NCBI GenBank assembly: GCA_951406725.2
Contig: OX597816.1
Coordinates: 64,790,001 to 64,854,000 of the forward strand
DNA length: 64,000 nt
Direction: 5' to 3'
DNA from: Octopus vulgaris
Taxonomy: Eukaryota
The notes under the pieces are model-generated. The model was not told the DNA's origin and ran no database searches. It saw only the letters and a program-made list of their open reading frames with translations. The position numbers and the translations under genes were made by a program. Positions 29,213 to 42,145 of this stretch are shown one piece after another. Every line of letters starts with the position of its first letter. Position 1 is the first letter of the stretch.

Positions 29213-29298
29213 ACTTTCCTGAGGAGAAAATTGCATTGTTTATACCATTTATTCGTTTGAATAGTATCAGTGGAATTTTCGAAACATGTGTCAAAAGT
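29213..29298 (+). ncRNA. Minimal type-I hammerhead ribozyme motif
   Basis: ACTTTC-CTGAGGA-GAAAATT...AATTTTC-GAAACATGTGTC-AAAAGT: perfect 7-bp stem II, one C-A mismatch in stem I. Confidence 0.75.
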
Positions 29299-29664
29299 AA
29301 AAATATTTGATTACACCTGCGTTAACTCCATTTTTTTATTCATATTATTCAAAATATTCAACGTAAACACGAAGTTTCTACCTTTATAAACAAGGAGTTA
29401 CAACACCTTTACTTGTGAGATTTTTGCTGCCCTGGTAACTATTTATTTATTTTCCGTGTTAATTGTTAACAAGGTAAAATACACTCATCTATATATATAT
29501 ATATATATATATATAATATGAGGGGTTCAGTTCACCGGTGGTGAACTGAACGGATAGGTACGCTGACTAAATGCTATAACTGGTCATCTGTTGGGCTCCA
29601 AGGTCACAGCCCAGGCTCGAGCTAGGGATTCGTATTAGGTTTCCAAGTTAGGGGGTATCTATTA

Positions 29665-29899
29665 TATATTTCTTTACTACCCACAAGGGGCTAAACACAG
29701 AGGGGACAAACAAGGACAGACAAACGGATTAAGTCGATTACATCGACCCCAGTGCGTAACTGGTACTTAATTTATCGACCCCGAAAGGATGAAAGGCAAA
29801 GTCGACCTCGGTGGAATTTGAACTTAGAACGTAACGGCAGACGAAATACGGCTACGCATTTCGCCCGGCGTGCTAACGTTTCTGCCAGCTCACCGCCTT
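29665..29899 (-). mobile_element. SINE family B with 14-bp TSD
   Basis: Near-consensus copy; flanks gggggtatctatta (29651-29664) and gggggaatctatta (29900-29913). Confidence 0.92.
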
Positions 29900-29995
29900 G
29901 GGGGAATCTATTATACTAGAGAAAAAAGATAAACAAAAACAAAGGCAGAACGAGTATCACAAGACATTTAGAATATTTAATAAGGTGAATTTGAA

Positions 29996-30071
29996 GTCTT
30001 ACAGCTGTTTCTAGGATATCCCAAGTGATTGGTTAGCATGTCCGTACACTGAGTTTTCCATCATCAGAGAC
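29996..30071 (-). ncRNA. Minimal type-I hammerhead ribozyme motif
   Basis: GTCT-CTGATGA-tggaaaactcagtg...cacttgggatatccta-GAAA-CAGCTG-TA-AGAC; palindromic stem III ACAGCTGT, GUA triplet; stem II partly decayed. Confidence 0.7.
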
Positions 30072-30424
30072 AAAGTGAGTATGTATGAAAGTTCTAGACG
30101 GATATTCACAGTTTATAAGAAATAAAATCGTAGATAAAAAAAATAGAGTAAAACAGTAGATAGAAGAAATAAAACAGGAGGATAAAGTTCAGTGTGTGTG
30201 TGTGTGTATGTGTGTGTCTTTCTATGTAAATATGTGCGCGTACACACGTGTGATGAATGTGCGATTGTACGTACCTATTTTATTCTGCTCCAGTCAGTGG
30301 GGCATCGCATTCCAGTGATTAATTAAATAAATCGACTCCGACGCTTATATCTTTAAGTCTGTGCGCGCGCACGCACACACACACACACACAAACACTCAC
30401 GCATGTTTATATGTATGTATATAT

Positions 30425-30670
30425 ATTCCTTTTATCTGCTTCAGTCATTAGATTGCAGCCAATCCTCTCGCAGCGTCTTGAGCGTAGTCCAAAATGTCAA
30501 CACTAGTATTTATTTTTCTGACCGGGGTAGTACTCTATTAATCGTCATTTGCTGAACCGCTAGTTTACTGAGAGACTAAGTTACATCGATTGTCAAGCGG
30601 TAGTGAGGAACACAAAAACATAGTATGCGCATGCGCACGCACACACACATATAGAAAGATAGATAGATAA

Positions 30671-30730
<60 letters not shown>

Positions 30731-30945
30731 GTAGGTAGGTAGGTAGCTAGGTAGGTAGCTAGGTAGGTAGGTAGGTAGGTTGGTAGGTATTTCGATATAC
30801 ACGTACATGTACATAAATATACAACGGGCGTCTTTCAGTTTCTAGCTAACAAATCCATTCGCATGGTTTCGGTCGCTCGAGGCTATAGCAGAAGACACTT
30901 GCCCAAGGTGCCAAGTAATGGGACTGAACTCGGAACTATGTGACT
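30425..30945 (-). mobile_element. SINE family A, degenerate, with expanded internal (GATA)/(GGTA) tract
   Basis: Both family A halves flank a ~170-bp tetranucleotide tract. Confidence 0.7.
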
Positions 30946-31419
30946 GAGAATGTAAGTGAGTATGTGTGTTTAAAGTTATATAAGTAGGTATTTAGGCAGG
31001 CAAGCAGACAAGTATATCGTGCAGGGGCTTAGTTTTGTGCGGATAAAACAACTTTGACTTCGAATCTCTTCGAAACTTACTAGTTGATCATGGCGGTTAT
31101 TTGCCGCTTGACCAGCACTAAGTTGATTCCTCAGAACAAAGAAGCCGGTTAAGGAATCCGGATTAACTCGGTTTCTTCTAAGAATATGAATCGTAGATTT
31201 ACACGTTTTGCGACCTTTTTAAAGATCTTGTATCTAATGCCGAGATATCAGTCTTGTAATATAATGCAAATAAACAAATGTCAATCACGTAGGTGTTAAC
31301 ATTTTAATTAATATCCTTATACTTTTAATACTCGCTAGCATGGAACTGAGATATAAACCACTCCTCAAAAATGGATAATAAGTGGATGATTATATTAATT
31401 TTGCTATAATGCCAGCAAT

Positions 31420-31600
31420 TTTAGGGGAAAGAGTTACTTGATTACATTGATCCCCAGTGCCCAGCTGCTACGTATTCTGTGGGCCCCGAAAGCATGAAAG
31501 GAAAGATCGATCTCGGCGAAAATTGATTTCAGAACGTGCAAAGCCAGGGAAAATACTGCATAGCATTTTGTCCCACGTGCTAAAGATTCTACCATCTCGC
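31420..31600 (-). mobile_element. SINE family B, old copy
   Basis: ccccgaaagcatgaaaggaaagatcgatctcggcg...cgtgctaaagattct. Confidence 0.65.
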
Positions 31601-33252
31601 GTCATGACCGGATGATAATGGAGTAAAATTTTGCTTCTGCATCCATCCCAACCTGCTATAAATAAAAGTCATATCGGTTGTCTAGTTATAGAACCTTACT
31701 TCACAACATTACTTAATCCATATGGATACGACAATATGTCACTTCAATGCAAAACCTCGCTCTATTGATATTGTAGTAATACATGACGGGCTACCAATAT
31801 TGTTCTGCTTTCCATCTTTCGAGGAGCTCTCAACCCCTAATGGAATCGTGATAGTAGTGTGATGATGTGTAATACATCTTCTGCACCCTAAGACTGGTAG
31901 AGCACATTCTTCTCGAAGTCCGACCATAGCTGAATTCTCTCAGAGGAAAAAGTAAGAATTAGGGAAGAATCGATCCCAATGCTGGCCTGATGCGATTTAT
32001 CGACTCCAAGAGGAGAAGAAACAAAGTTGTTATTGATGAGATTTGAACACAAAGAGCAAATACCTGGATCAAATGCCACAAGACATTTTTTTCTTACCCA
32101 GCCGCCTTAACGAGGGCATCGCCATATCAACTTTAAACAATCATATAAATTAGTTGTGACACGTACATTCTTATTTATATTTTCAATAAGTATTTTTCAG
32201 GAGCTAGAGTAATAAAACTTAATAATGAGGAACCGTAAAAAGTCTTTGCGATTTCCAATCTAAGCTTCTGATATGAAATAATATAAAGAAATATATTATG
32301 TTTAATGTATGGAACAGACTTTGACATTGATACTAATTGCACATGGATATGAGTTCGCATATATATTCACCGATAAAATAATTCTTTAACAAACGTATTG
32401 AAGAATCGCAGCTTTTGTGCTTTGCTTTCTTTCATAATTAAACATATACAATAATATGTTCAAAATAAAGGAGCAGCCCTCCCCAATAAGCAACAAATAT
32501 GTGGTCAATAAAAATTTAAATATTCTTAATAGTATAAAATATATTCTATATGTTGTTCTTTGCTAAAGTCCTTCTTCACCAAATTATTAGGTGCAGTTGT
32601 TTTCGAATATGCAGCTTAAGTATTTAAATGGGATTTCTAAAAGAAAATATGGCGAAAACTGGAGCAATATAATAAGTATTTGCCACCGATACACAGTGGC
32701 ACTTTCTATGGCTTTTCACTGGCTTTTCTTAAATACAAGAAGGGAAAGTATTCTGCTTAAACTATTTTAATGTTTTGTAACATTTTAGTCACGTTAGCTA
32801 TTACTATAGTCTATGAAAAAGTTTTTGCTATGTAAATTGCCAAACACAAATTAATTTCTCACCTCTTACAAAATACCTAAGTCATCATAATTTAACAAAA
32901 ATGACCAAAAATAAAATGGGTAGTTGCATTTAACGAGCTTCTATACTCCAAAGCTAAATAAAAAATCCCCGTATGAAAATTAAAATATTTTATTTGTGGT
33001 ACTAAAAAAGAGCGTTAGAGAATTACTTCTACATATTTTATAGGTATGACAAAAATGAATTAACTAACTCTACCTCTGTTAAAATATGTCAATTTACATT
33101 CTGTATTAGTTGCTACTTTTAAGCTATATTGATCATCTTTTTTTAAGAAATACAATTCTCAACTAAATAATAAAATATATTCCATTCTATCTCTCTACAT
33201 TTCCTGTTCAAAATATAGAGAAATAGAAATCTTTTGCTTACAGTTGCATGTA

Positions 33253-34492
33253 TCAGTTCATCCTATAACTTCTGTCCGATTTTACTTCTTTTAAAATTGA
33301 ATTTTAATATTTTAGAATGTCTAATAGAATTTAAATTATTTTTTATGCATTTGTGGACATTTAAACTAATTAGATATTATATTACAGAATAATAAGATTA
33401 AAATTTATTTGATTAAAACCCTTTCTAACATAGAAGTATCCAAAAAGCATTTGAGGCGGATAATGCTTTATGATTACAAAACAAGTAAACTCCGCCACCG
33501 AAGCGACACGAAACGTACACTCAGTTAATGGGAAAGAATGCTTGAATGAAAGATCTTGTAGAAGATGGTTTGCAAAATTTTGAAGTGGAGATTTCAGCCT
33601 TGAAGATGAAGACTGAACAAGACGTCCAGTTGAGTTTGATGATAAGCTCCTTGAGGTACTACTTGAAGAAAATCCTGCATTATCAGTTGAAGAATTGGCA
33701 ATAAAGCTAAATTCAAACCATACAACTGTTCATCGTCATCTTCAACAACTTGGAAAGGTTCCTAAACCTGGAAAATGGGAGCCTCATGAATTTTCCGAAA
33801 GCAACCGCAAGTCCCGAGTTGATATCTGCTCTTCTCTCCATTCTCGGGAACTCATTTCACCCTTTTTGGATAGACTTGTGACTGGTGACGAAAAATGGAT
33901 CTTCTATCGAAATGTTAATCGTCGTAAACAGTAGCTTCATGGGAAGAGGGTTCTTCTCTTTATTTGGTGGGATTGCAAAGGACTAATTCCCTTTGAATTG
34001 TTACCACCTAGTGCAAAAATCAATGCTCAAGTCTACTGTTAGTAATTAGAGCGTTTGAACCAAGCTTTGAAGAAAAAAGACCAGCTTTAGTGAATCGAAA
34101 AGGAGTGATGTTTCATAAGGACAATGCGCGACCTCACACTGCAAAGACCACATCACAGAAGATCGAAGAGCTTAGTTAGGAAAAAAATTCCTCACCCACC
34201 TTATTCTCCCCATCTTACTCCTTCAGACTACCATTTATTTCATAGTTTACAGAATCATTTGGGGGACATAACTTTCGCAAGGGGGGAGGAGGTCGAAACT
34301 GACATTTCATAGTCCTTCGTTTTGAAACCAAAAGAGTTTTAAATTGATGAGATTAAAAAGCTTGTAAATAGATGGAAGGAAGTCATAGATAATCAGGGAA
34401 AGTAAATTGATGATTAAATTTCAATTACATAAAACATTTGGTCACTTGTTTTCTTCATTCAAAATTAGAACGGTACTTATGGGATGACCTGA
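33253..34492 (+). mobile_element. Mariner (D,D34D) DNA transposon, full length, inactive
   Basis: TIRs tcagttcatcctataac / gtacttatgggatgacctga with TA TSDs; motifs KWEPHE, LVTGDEKW, DNARPH, HPPYSPHLTPSDYHLF; stops and frameshifts. Confidence 0.95.
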
Positions 34493-34795
34493 TACATTGT
34501 GTGAAATGTATTTAATTCCATTGTTTTCCTTTATTAATAATGTCAAAAGTTTGACAAACCCCAAACTGGAATAACTCCGACACGGCATTTTAGTCGATGA
34601 CATCGATCATGATGTATATTTATATCTGCTGCATATTTTAACATCAATATTAATGCACAGGAAAATTAAATGCTATGGTACAAAAATAGGCCCTTTCTTA
34701 TATCAGTACGAACGTAAACATATGTATACATGCCTCTCTCTTTCTATATATGTATATATATACACACACATATGCATGCGTGTATATATATATAG

Positions 34796-34972
34796 TTGGA
34801 ATTTACACGAAAAATCAAAAGACGAAGACAGGTGCATAAACGACAAACAGGTGTATTAGTTTAACGCCCGGGAAGGTGAGAAAATCTTTTACGTTTCAAG
34901 CCTACGCTCTTCAACAGAACGGAACACGAGAAAATAAACAGAAAATAAAAAAGCGTTAGATGGCTGGTGGTC
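34796..34972 (-). mobile_element. ~175-bp hammerhead-like repeat, copy 2
   Basis: Minus strand CTGTTGA-A-GAGC-GTAG-GCTT-GAA-ACGT-A-AAAGA; inside a TA tract. Confidence 0.7.
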
Positions 34973-35035
<63 letters not shown>

Positions 35036-35190
35036 AGATACAGTGTACAATTAAACACATTAAGAAGTTTTCATCATAGGAATCATTTACGCTACAAAGA
35101 ACAGCTAAAGTCCAAACCACAAATTAAGGATAAATTCTTGAAGGCAATGAAAAATAAAAACATTTACCATCTCTTTCATGGACTATGGTT
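35036..35190 (+). repeat. One arm of the 19243-19560 fold-back family
   Basis: tacagtgtacaattaaacaca...catcatagga...tccaaaccac...aaacatttacca. Confidence 0.6.
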
Positions 35191-35474
35191 TCTGACTTAT
35201 TTTAGCAAATAAAGTAATTTACTAGGCGAAGTCTTCTTCAACAGGTACGCCAAGATTAAACATATAAACACAAGGCCAATCCAGCATGTGTCTCTTGCTT
35301 ATACATTTTTATTTTTCCAAATCCAGCGCCCAAGCGGTTTTTTTCGTCGGCAGCAAAAAGATGCCGGCAATTTCTTTGAAGGAATCTTTCAGAGATCATT
35401 ATACATAATTAGTAATATCAGGGTAATAAAGATTTTAGTAATGTTTACTACCAGTGGACTTGACTTGGCACAGT

Positions 35475-35989
35475 GGATGAAGACTGATCTCGATTTCTAG
35501 GACCGCTTTAAAGCCTTGAAACTCTACTCTCTCCAGCACCACCGTGAGCGGTATATCATTTGTACGATGTGGAGAATATACCGCCAGCACTACATAAACA
35601 ACCTGAACATTTGTTTCAAGGTTCATCCAAGGCTGGTACCACATCCATACGTCCCCTGCCCAATTCAGGATCACAACATATAGGCACACTGCGACATAAT
35701 TTCTCTTCCTTAACAGGCCCTGCCCTGTTTAACATTGTCCTAAAACTGATTAAAGAGGAAAAGGATCCCATTACCTTTAAACGGAGTCTGGACAGATTTC
35801 TTCAAGGATTACCAGATAAGCCACCTATATCTGAATACAACTCACTCAACAAGAACTCACTACTTGAATAAACCATAAACAAAACTTGGCTTAAAAAGGA
35901 TTTAGATAATCGTATCAGGTGCTACTATGAAGTTAGACATGGTCTGGGCCAATTTTCGGCGGAAACATAACTAACTTTTTTCTAAGTTT
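35475..35989 (+). mobile_element. CR1-group LINE 3' fragment (second family)
   Basis: RFKALKLYSLQ..RER; GPALFNIV...FKRSLDRFLQGLPDKP; tail gacatggtc...ggaaac...tctaagttt. Confidence 0.85.
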
Positions 35990-36002
35990 GTATATATATA
36001 TA

Positions 36003-36192
36003 GGGAAACTTCACGAAGAAAACAAAAGACGAAGACAGGTGGTGTAGAAAACAAGCAGATATATTAGTATAACGCTCGGGAATTGAAAAAAGTATTTTAC
36101 GTTTCGAGCCTACGCTCTTCCACAGAAAGAAACACAGAAAGAAACAAGGAGAGAAAAAAATGTGTTTAGTGGCTACCGATCTATCATGGCGA
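36003..36192 (-). mobile_element. ~175-bp hammerhead-like repeat, copy 3
   Basis: Minus strand TCTTT-CTGTGGA-A-GAGC-GTAG-GCTC-GAA-ACGT-A-AAATA; between TA tracts. Confidence 0.7.
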
Positions 36193-36249
<57 letters not shown>

Positions 36250-37421
36250 ATATATATATGTTGTTTTTTTTAAATTTACTCCATCTTCCTCTATACCAAC
36301 ACATCCTACGCAGCTAATTCCTGTATAACTACAGCACACTTAATAACCATACACATAACCCCAACAACCAAACCCCTTCCCAAAAAGTCTACCAAATATT
36401 ATAGAAGCAAGAGATAAAAAAAAGAAATCACTGTCAGGTGAAGACGAGAAAGCCGAAATTTCGAAGCCATACTTAATTTTTTATCTGTAAATACACACTC
36501 ACAAAGACATAAACACACAAACACACACACACGCACACACACACATACGCACACACACACACACACACACACGCACACACACAAACACACTCATGCATGC
36601 GTATGTGCGTGCGCGCGTGTGTGTCTTTATGTTTTTCTGTATGCAGTACCAAACAATAAAAAATGCTGAGCTGAAGAAAACCTTAAATAGTAACTTCCAT
36701 TATTATCGTTAATAGTATCTCTACATAAGAATACGTTGTTAAAGATTAAAATCCAAAGATTAATATTTCTAAAATAATTGTTTCAGAAACACACTAACAA
36801 CGTGCTGAAATTACGTATAACTACCTTTGCTAACCTTACCGTCGATTTTTTTCTCCTTCTATTGTAAATTCATCCATTAAGTTTTCGTCTTACTACAAAC
36901 GTTCGTAGGGAGAGAAAACCTAAACATGCTAATCATTAACTTAGATCATTGTCTTGAATGGAGTTATAAGAATAGACAGTTGTTGCTACCTGACACTATT
37001 ATGTTGCTATTAGTATTTTCATATAGTAGAGCAACCATTAAGTATTGTCCTTATGACAAGCTTTTGCGAGGCCCAGAATCTCTGAATAGGCTACGTGTTT
37101 GAGCCAATTCCTAAGCCATGTTAAGTATATATGTGAATATACATGTGGGTGTATTTGTGTGTGTGAGTTTGTGCGTATGTTGAATACGTAAACACAAATT
37201 TAATGAGCAAAACAGATATCCATGTACCTGCTCTTAAGCACTCGCTTTCAATAATGGCTCGCAGATTCAAATATCGAGCTATAAGCAGAAAACGAGCAAC
37301 AGTAAATCACCAACCACGATATATATCCACAGATGTAGTAAATATATTGGGATACGCATATCGTAATAAAATTGAATAGTAAAACAAGAAAACCAACTAG
37401 TCTCTTTCCATTATATATATA

Positions 37422-37818
37422 TGAGTGGCTGTGTGGTAAGTAGCTTGCTTACCAACCACATGGTTCTGGGTTCAGTCCCACTGCGTGGCACCTTGGGCAA
37501 GTGTCTTCTACTATAGCCTCGGGCCGACCAAAGCTTTGTGAGTCGATTTGGTAGACGGAAACTGAAAGAAGCCTGTCGTGTATATGTATATATATATGTG
37601 TGTGTGTTTGTGTGTCTGTGTTTGTCCTCCCAACATCGCTCGACAGCCGATGCTGGTGTGTTCATGCCCCCGTAATTAGCGGTTCGGCAAACAAGAGACC
37701 GATAAAATAAGTACTAGGCTTACAACGAATAAGTGCTGGGGTCGATTTGCTCGACTAAAAGCGGTGCTCCAGCATGGCCGTAATCAAATGACAGAAACAA
37801 GTAAAAGAGTAAAAGAGT
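37422..37818 (+). mobile_element. SINE family A, full length, near consensus
   Basis: A-box TGGCTGTGTGG, B-box-like GGTTCAGTCCC, internal (TA)(TG), (GTAAAAGA)2 tail. Confidence 0.92.
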
Positions 37819-37844
37819 ATAGATAGATAGATAGATTCAGATAA

Positions 37845-38250
37845 ATATGGTACTTAAGTTAAAGGCACCAGAATTTTGTATGGTATTATCCATATAAATC
37901 AAATGGGGTGGTTATAATCAAAATAAGCAACAACGATATCCAAGGTAGAGTAGAACAATTGTTTCGTGCTACTTCATTTTATTAAACACCGTAAGTATTA
38001 CATCAGTTTTAAAATGTCGATCAATCTTCAGCCACATATAGAATTTTGCAATTAAACGGACAATGTACATTCTTATCTCTATTTCATTTGCCAACGTTAT
38101 AAAGTGGGTAGATATATAGACAGAGAGGTTAGTTTCATTTTTAAGAACATGATATTAGTATGTTCATTCTCCGTCTGTAGTTTTATTGTCCGTAGAATGA
38201 AACAATTGTACTATTCTACCTTGGATATCCTTGTTGCTTATTTTGATATA
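37845..38250 (-). mobile_element. PLE-pLTR-like repeat with ~50-bp inverted copy and a degenerate hammerhead
   Basis: 37917-37965 is inverted at 38200-38248; GTGG-CTGAAGA...GAAA-CAATTG-T(A/T)-CTAC. Confidence 0.5.
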
Positions 38251-38512
38251 TATATTTCGTTGTTGGATTTGGTTATACAGACGGATAGGTACAAAGGTTA
38301 TAAGAACAGACAAGCACACATACGCAAATGGAGACTGAAACATATGACCATATAAACAAACACTTTCTTCCACACAAGGACACGTGGAGACACGGGACCA
38401 CACATACAGAGACGCATATCCATACATACAAACATGGTACGTAGTTGCAAAACACACACACTGATCCGCACACATGGTCACAAACAAACAAAAGGGAACG
38501 CAGTGTAAATAA

Positions 38513-38560
<48 letters not shown>

Positions 38561-38912
38561 TATATACATATGCACATAGAATTTCACCATCATTCGCAAT
38601 TCTGTTCACAGCACCGTGACTCTTGTTACAATTAAACGCGCGGTCTCAGTGCGTATATTATACATTAGCAACACACATTATATTGAGAAAAATTAGCATG
38701 AAGTAACGGAGAAAGTGCACTCTAACATAGATTGAGTGATAGGTCCAAAGTAAGTTCTCACGGTGCTAAGAAATGAATGTGATTAATGAATTAATAATTG
38801 CCTAATTAATTAATTGATTAATTCATTAATTAATTGCTTAACTTAAAAGATAACAAGTCAGCTATAATGAATACGTGCGTTTTACTGGTAGAATGCCTAT
38901 TCCGGCTGGAAA

Positions 38913-38953
<41 letters not shown>

Positions 38954-38954
38954 G

Positions 38955-39112
<158 letters not shown>

Positions 39113-39152
39113 CAGACAGATAGACGCACATATATATATATATATATATATA

Positions 39153-39897
39153 TGACGATCTCAGTTGGAGTGCACACATCAACAAGAAGGTCGATATAGC
39201 TCGTAGGATGAGTTTCTGGATCTTAAGAACTTTCCGGTCCAGAGAACAAGGTGTCACCATACCACTTTTCTCCTCCTTTGTACGGCCACACCTCGAATAA
39301 TGCTGCCCACTGTGGTCTCCCCATACAAGACAAAACATCTCGAGGATTGAATCACCCCAGAGAGCACTCACTAAACGAATTGAAGGCACGGCTGCTCTCG
39401 ATTATTGGGATCGCCCTAAAGCCTTGAAACTCTACTCTCTCCAGCGTCGCTGTGAGCGGTACATCATTTGAACGATGTGGAGAATATACCGCCAACTTTG
39501 CCCAAACGATCTGAACATTAGCTTCAAGATTCATCCAAGACTGGGACCACGGTTCATACGTCCCCTGCCCAATTCAAGATCACAGCATACATGTACACTA
39601 CAACATAATTTCTCTTCCTCAACAGGCCCTGACCTATTTAACATTGTCCCGAAAGAGATCAAAGAGGAACAGGATCCCATCAACTTTAAACGGAGTCTGG
39701 ATAGTTTCCTTCAAGGAATACCAGATAAGCCACCCATAGTTGGATACAACTCACCCAACAAAAACTCACTACTTGAATGGACCATAAACAAAACTTGACT
39801 TAAACAGGATTCAAATCATCATATCTGGTGGTGCTATTAAGTTAGACATGGCCTGGACCAATCATTGGTCGAAACATATCTAAGTTTATCTAAGTTG
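39153..39897 (+). mobile_element. CR1-group LINE 3' fragment (second family)
   Basis: LSWSAHINK...FVRPHLE*CCPLWSP...LKLYSLQRRCER...GPDLFNIVPKEIK; tail gaccaatcattggtcgaaac-(atctaagttt)2. Confidence 0.9.
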
Positions 39898-39973
39898 ATA
39901 TATATATAAGTTTCCAGCCAGAATAGGAATTCTACCAGTAAAACGCACATATTAATTATAGCTGACTTATTAT

Positions 39974-40034
<61 letters not shown>

Positions 40035-40071
40035 ATGAGTCTGCTGTTACGTATGTATTTATAAGTATATC

Positions 40072-40455
40072 AATGGTTATGTGGTAAGACGTTTGCTTTC
40101 CTCCCATATGATTCTGGATTCAGTCCCGCTGCTTGGTACTTTGCGCAAGTGTTTCCCATTATCGCCATCACAGTAGATTTGGTGGACGGAAACTAAAAGA
40201 AGCCCGTCGTATATATATGAGAGTATGTGTGTGTGTGTGCCTTTGTGTCTGTGTTTGTCACCATCACCGCTTGATAAACTATGTTGGTATGTTCAAGTCC
40301 CCGTAACGTTGCAGTTCGGCAAAAATGATCGATAGAATAAGCACCATGCCTAACAAAAAATAGGTACTACTATCGATTATTTCGACTAAAATTTCTGAAG
40401 ACGATGTCTCATCAAGGCCGCAGTCTAATGACCGAAACAAGTAAAAGATGAAAGA
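40072..40455 (+). mobile_element. SINE family A, older copy
   Basis: Head tggttatgtggtaag to tail gaccgaaacaagtaaaagat. Confidence 0.8.
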
Positions 40456-40474
40456 TGTGTCTATATAGGGCGGG

Positions 40475-41170
40475 CAAAGTTCCCGAGATCCATGGGCGAG
40501 TTCTATCAGTAGTCCTTATGCCTCATCATCGGTGCCATATCCTGCGCCTCCCAGAGAACTTAGGGCATCAACATATGCCATCGTCAGTCTCTCTCTTCTG
40601 GTGTGTCCATGTAGGTCCTCTACGGGTGAGCATGTCTAGCTAACAACAGTCTTCTTTTGTGTTATTTTCGAGCTATCTTTTGAGAGGCACTCATACAGCT
40701 GTTAGTTCTTCATCCTTAGCATTGTCGTGTATCACCCTGGCCAGTGTCCAAGTCTTAGCTCGTGCAACAGCACAGACTACTGCTGCAACGAAGAGACGGT
40801 TTTCAGGTCTTTACAAAAATCCTACTTCCATACAAATTGTGGCATGCCACCCAGGCTTTGCTCTTCCTCCCAACTATATTACCTTCTGTGTTCCAAATAT
40901 TTGCTCCCAAATACAGGATGTCCTCAACCAACTCTACTAGCTTCCCAACTACATTCAAAATCTTCTATGGCTTCTTATTGTTCTCTACCAGATATTTCGT
41001 CTTAATTGCATTCAATTCCAGCCTCACACTCATCGACACAGTCTCTGTCTCCTGCATCAACTCCTCTGCCTCCCTCACTGTGTTTGTCATCTTTCTGACG
41101 GATTTCATTATGGAGTGTCCTAGTCCCAGCATCATGTTTCATCGGTAGATAATGCCGTGATGATATTTTA
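40475..41170 (-). mobile_element. RTE-X/RTE LINE remnant
   Basis: Minus-strand VEDILYLGANIW...RKSKAWVACHNL, FVAAVV...AKTWTL and PTHG.TRRGR-like segment, all matching RTE-X post-RT motifs. Confidence 0.6.
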
Positions 41171-41185
41171 GGACAACTGCTTATG

Positions 41186-41216
<31 letters not shown>

Positions 41217-41319
41217 TGTATGTATGTATGTATGTATGTATGTATCTATGTATGTATGTATGTATGTATGTACGTACGTACGTATGTATGTATGTATGTA
41301 TGTATGCATGCATGCATGT

Positions 41320-41510
41320 GAATGTGTGCGTCTGTGTATGTCTGTGATTGTTCCCCCACATGGCTTGACGACCGATGTTGGTGTATTTACGTCCCCGTAA
41401 GCTTGCGGTTCGGCACAGACGATCGATTGACTAAGTACCAGCCTTTAAAAAACATAAAAACTGGGCTCTATGCATTCGACATAAAGTGTCCTTGTGTCAT
41501 AACTTGAAAC
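41320..41510 (+). mobile_element. SINE family A, 3' half
   Basis: ggcttgacgaccgatgttggtgtatttacgtccccgtaa. Confidence 0.7.
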
Positions 41511-41563
<53 letters not shown>

Positions 41564-42102
41564 GATGAGAGAGAGCAATGCATGCCATCAAAGTGGTACT
41601 AGGGTAAAATATACGAAGCCCAGTATACCCATCATGACTACCCATCTGATGAGGGTACGCCAGGCACATGCATCACAAGCAAATGTGTGCGACATGGTGA
41701 TCTCATATCAAGATAAATAGCACATGACCTTGCAGGTGGGGCTCAGTTAGAATTTTCTTCTTGTCGAGTAGCCCATCCAGCTCAAAAGGTCCCTGAATAA
41801 AGATTGTTCAAGGATGTTGAACGAAACACCCATGTTTCCAGAGGTTAATTATTCAAACCCCAAATAATCCCTCTCAACACATGGCTATGATGCTCCCCAC
41901 TACTTCTGCTCCTAGTCAGAGATGTACATATCGTCAGCCACTAAGGGACATGCTCAACTGGTTAGAGTCAAACAAGTGACAAGCAAATCTGTGGTATTGA
42001 GCAGAATATTTGCTGTAGCCCATCTTTTATACTAAGACAAAACAGTGTGCATGATAACACTTCCAATCAGTTGAGATCAGAAGCCATGAGAACCACTGTC
42101 TG

Positions 42103-42105
<3 letters not shown>
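41564..42105 (-). mobile_element. Element C, ~540 bp, flanked on both sides by (ATT)n
   Basis: Colinear homolog of 55004-55562; no coding potential. Confidence 0.88.

Positions 42106-42145
<40 letters not shown>

Larger units (their letters stand above)
28281..29490 (+). mobile_element. Penelope-like element, 5'-truncated: inverted partial pLTR + GIY-YIG + pLTR
   Basis: 28281-28509 is the reverse complement of 29115-29343; GIY-YIG coding fragment lies between; both repeats carry hammerhead motifs; flanked by (TA)n. Confidence 0.88.
29519..30190 (-). mobile_element. PLE-pLTR-like repeat interrupted by a SINE
   Basis: Begins at a TA tract with a perfect hairpin; carries a hammerhead motif at 29996-30071; SINE B inserted with a TSD. 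Confidence 0.55.
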
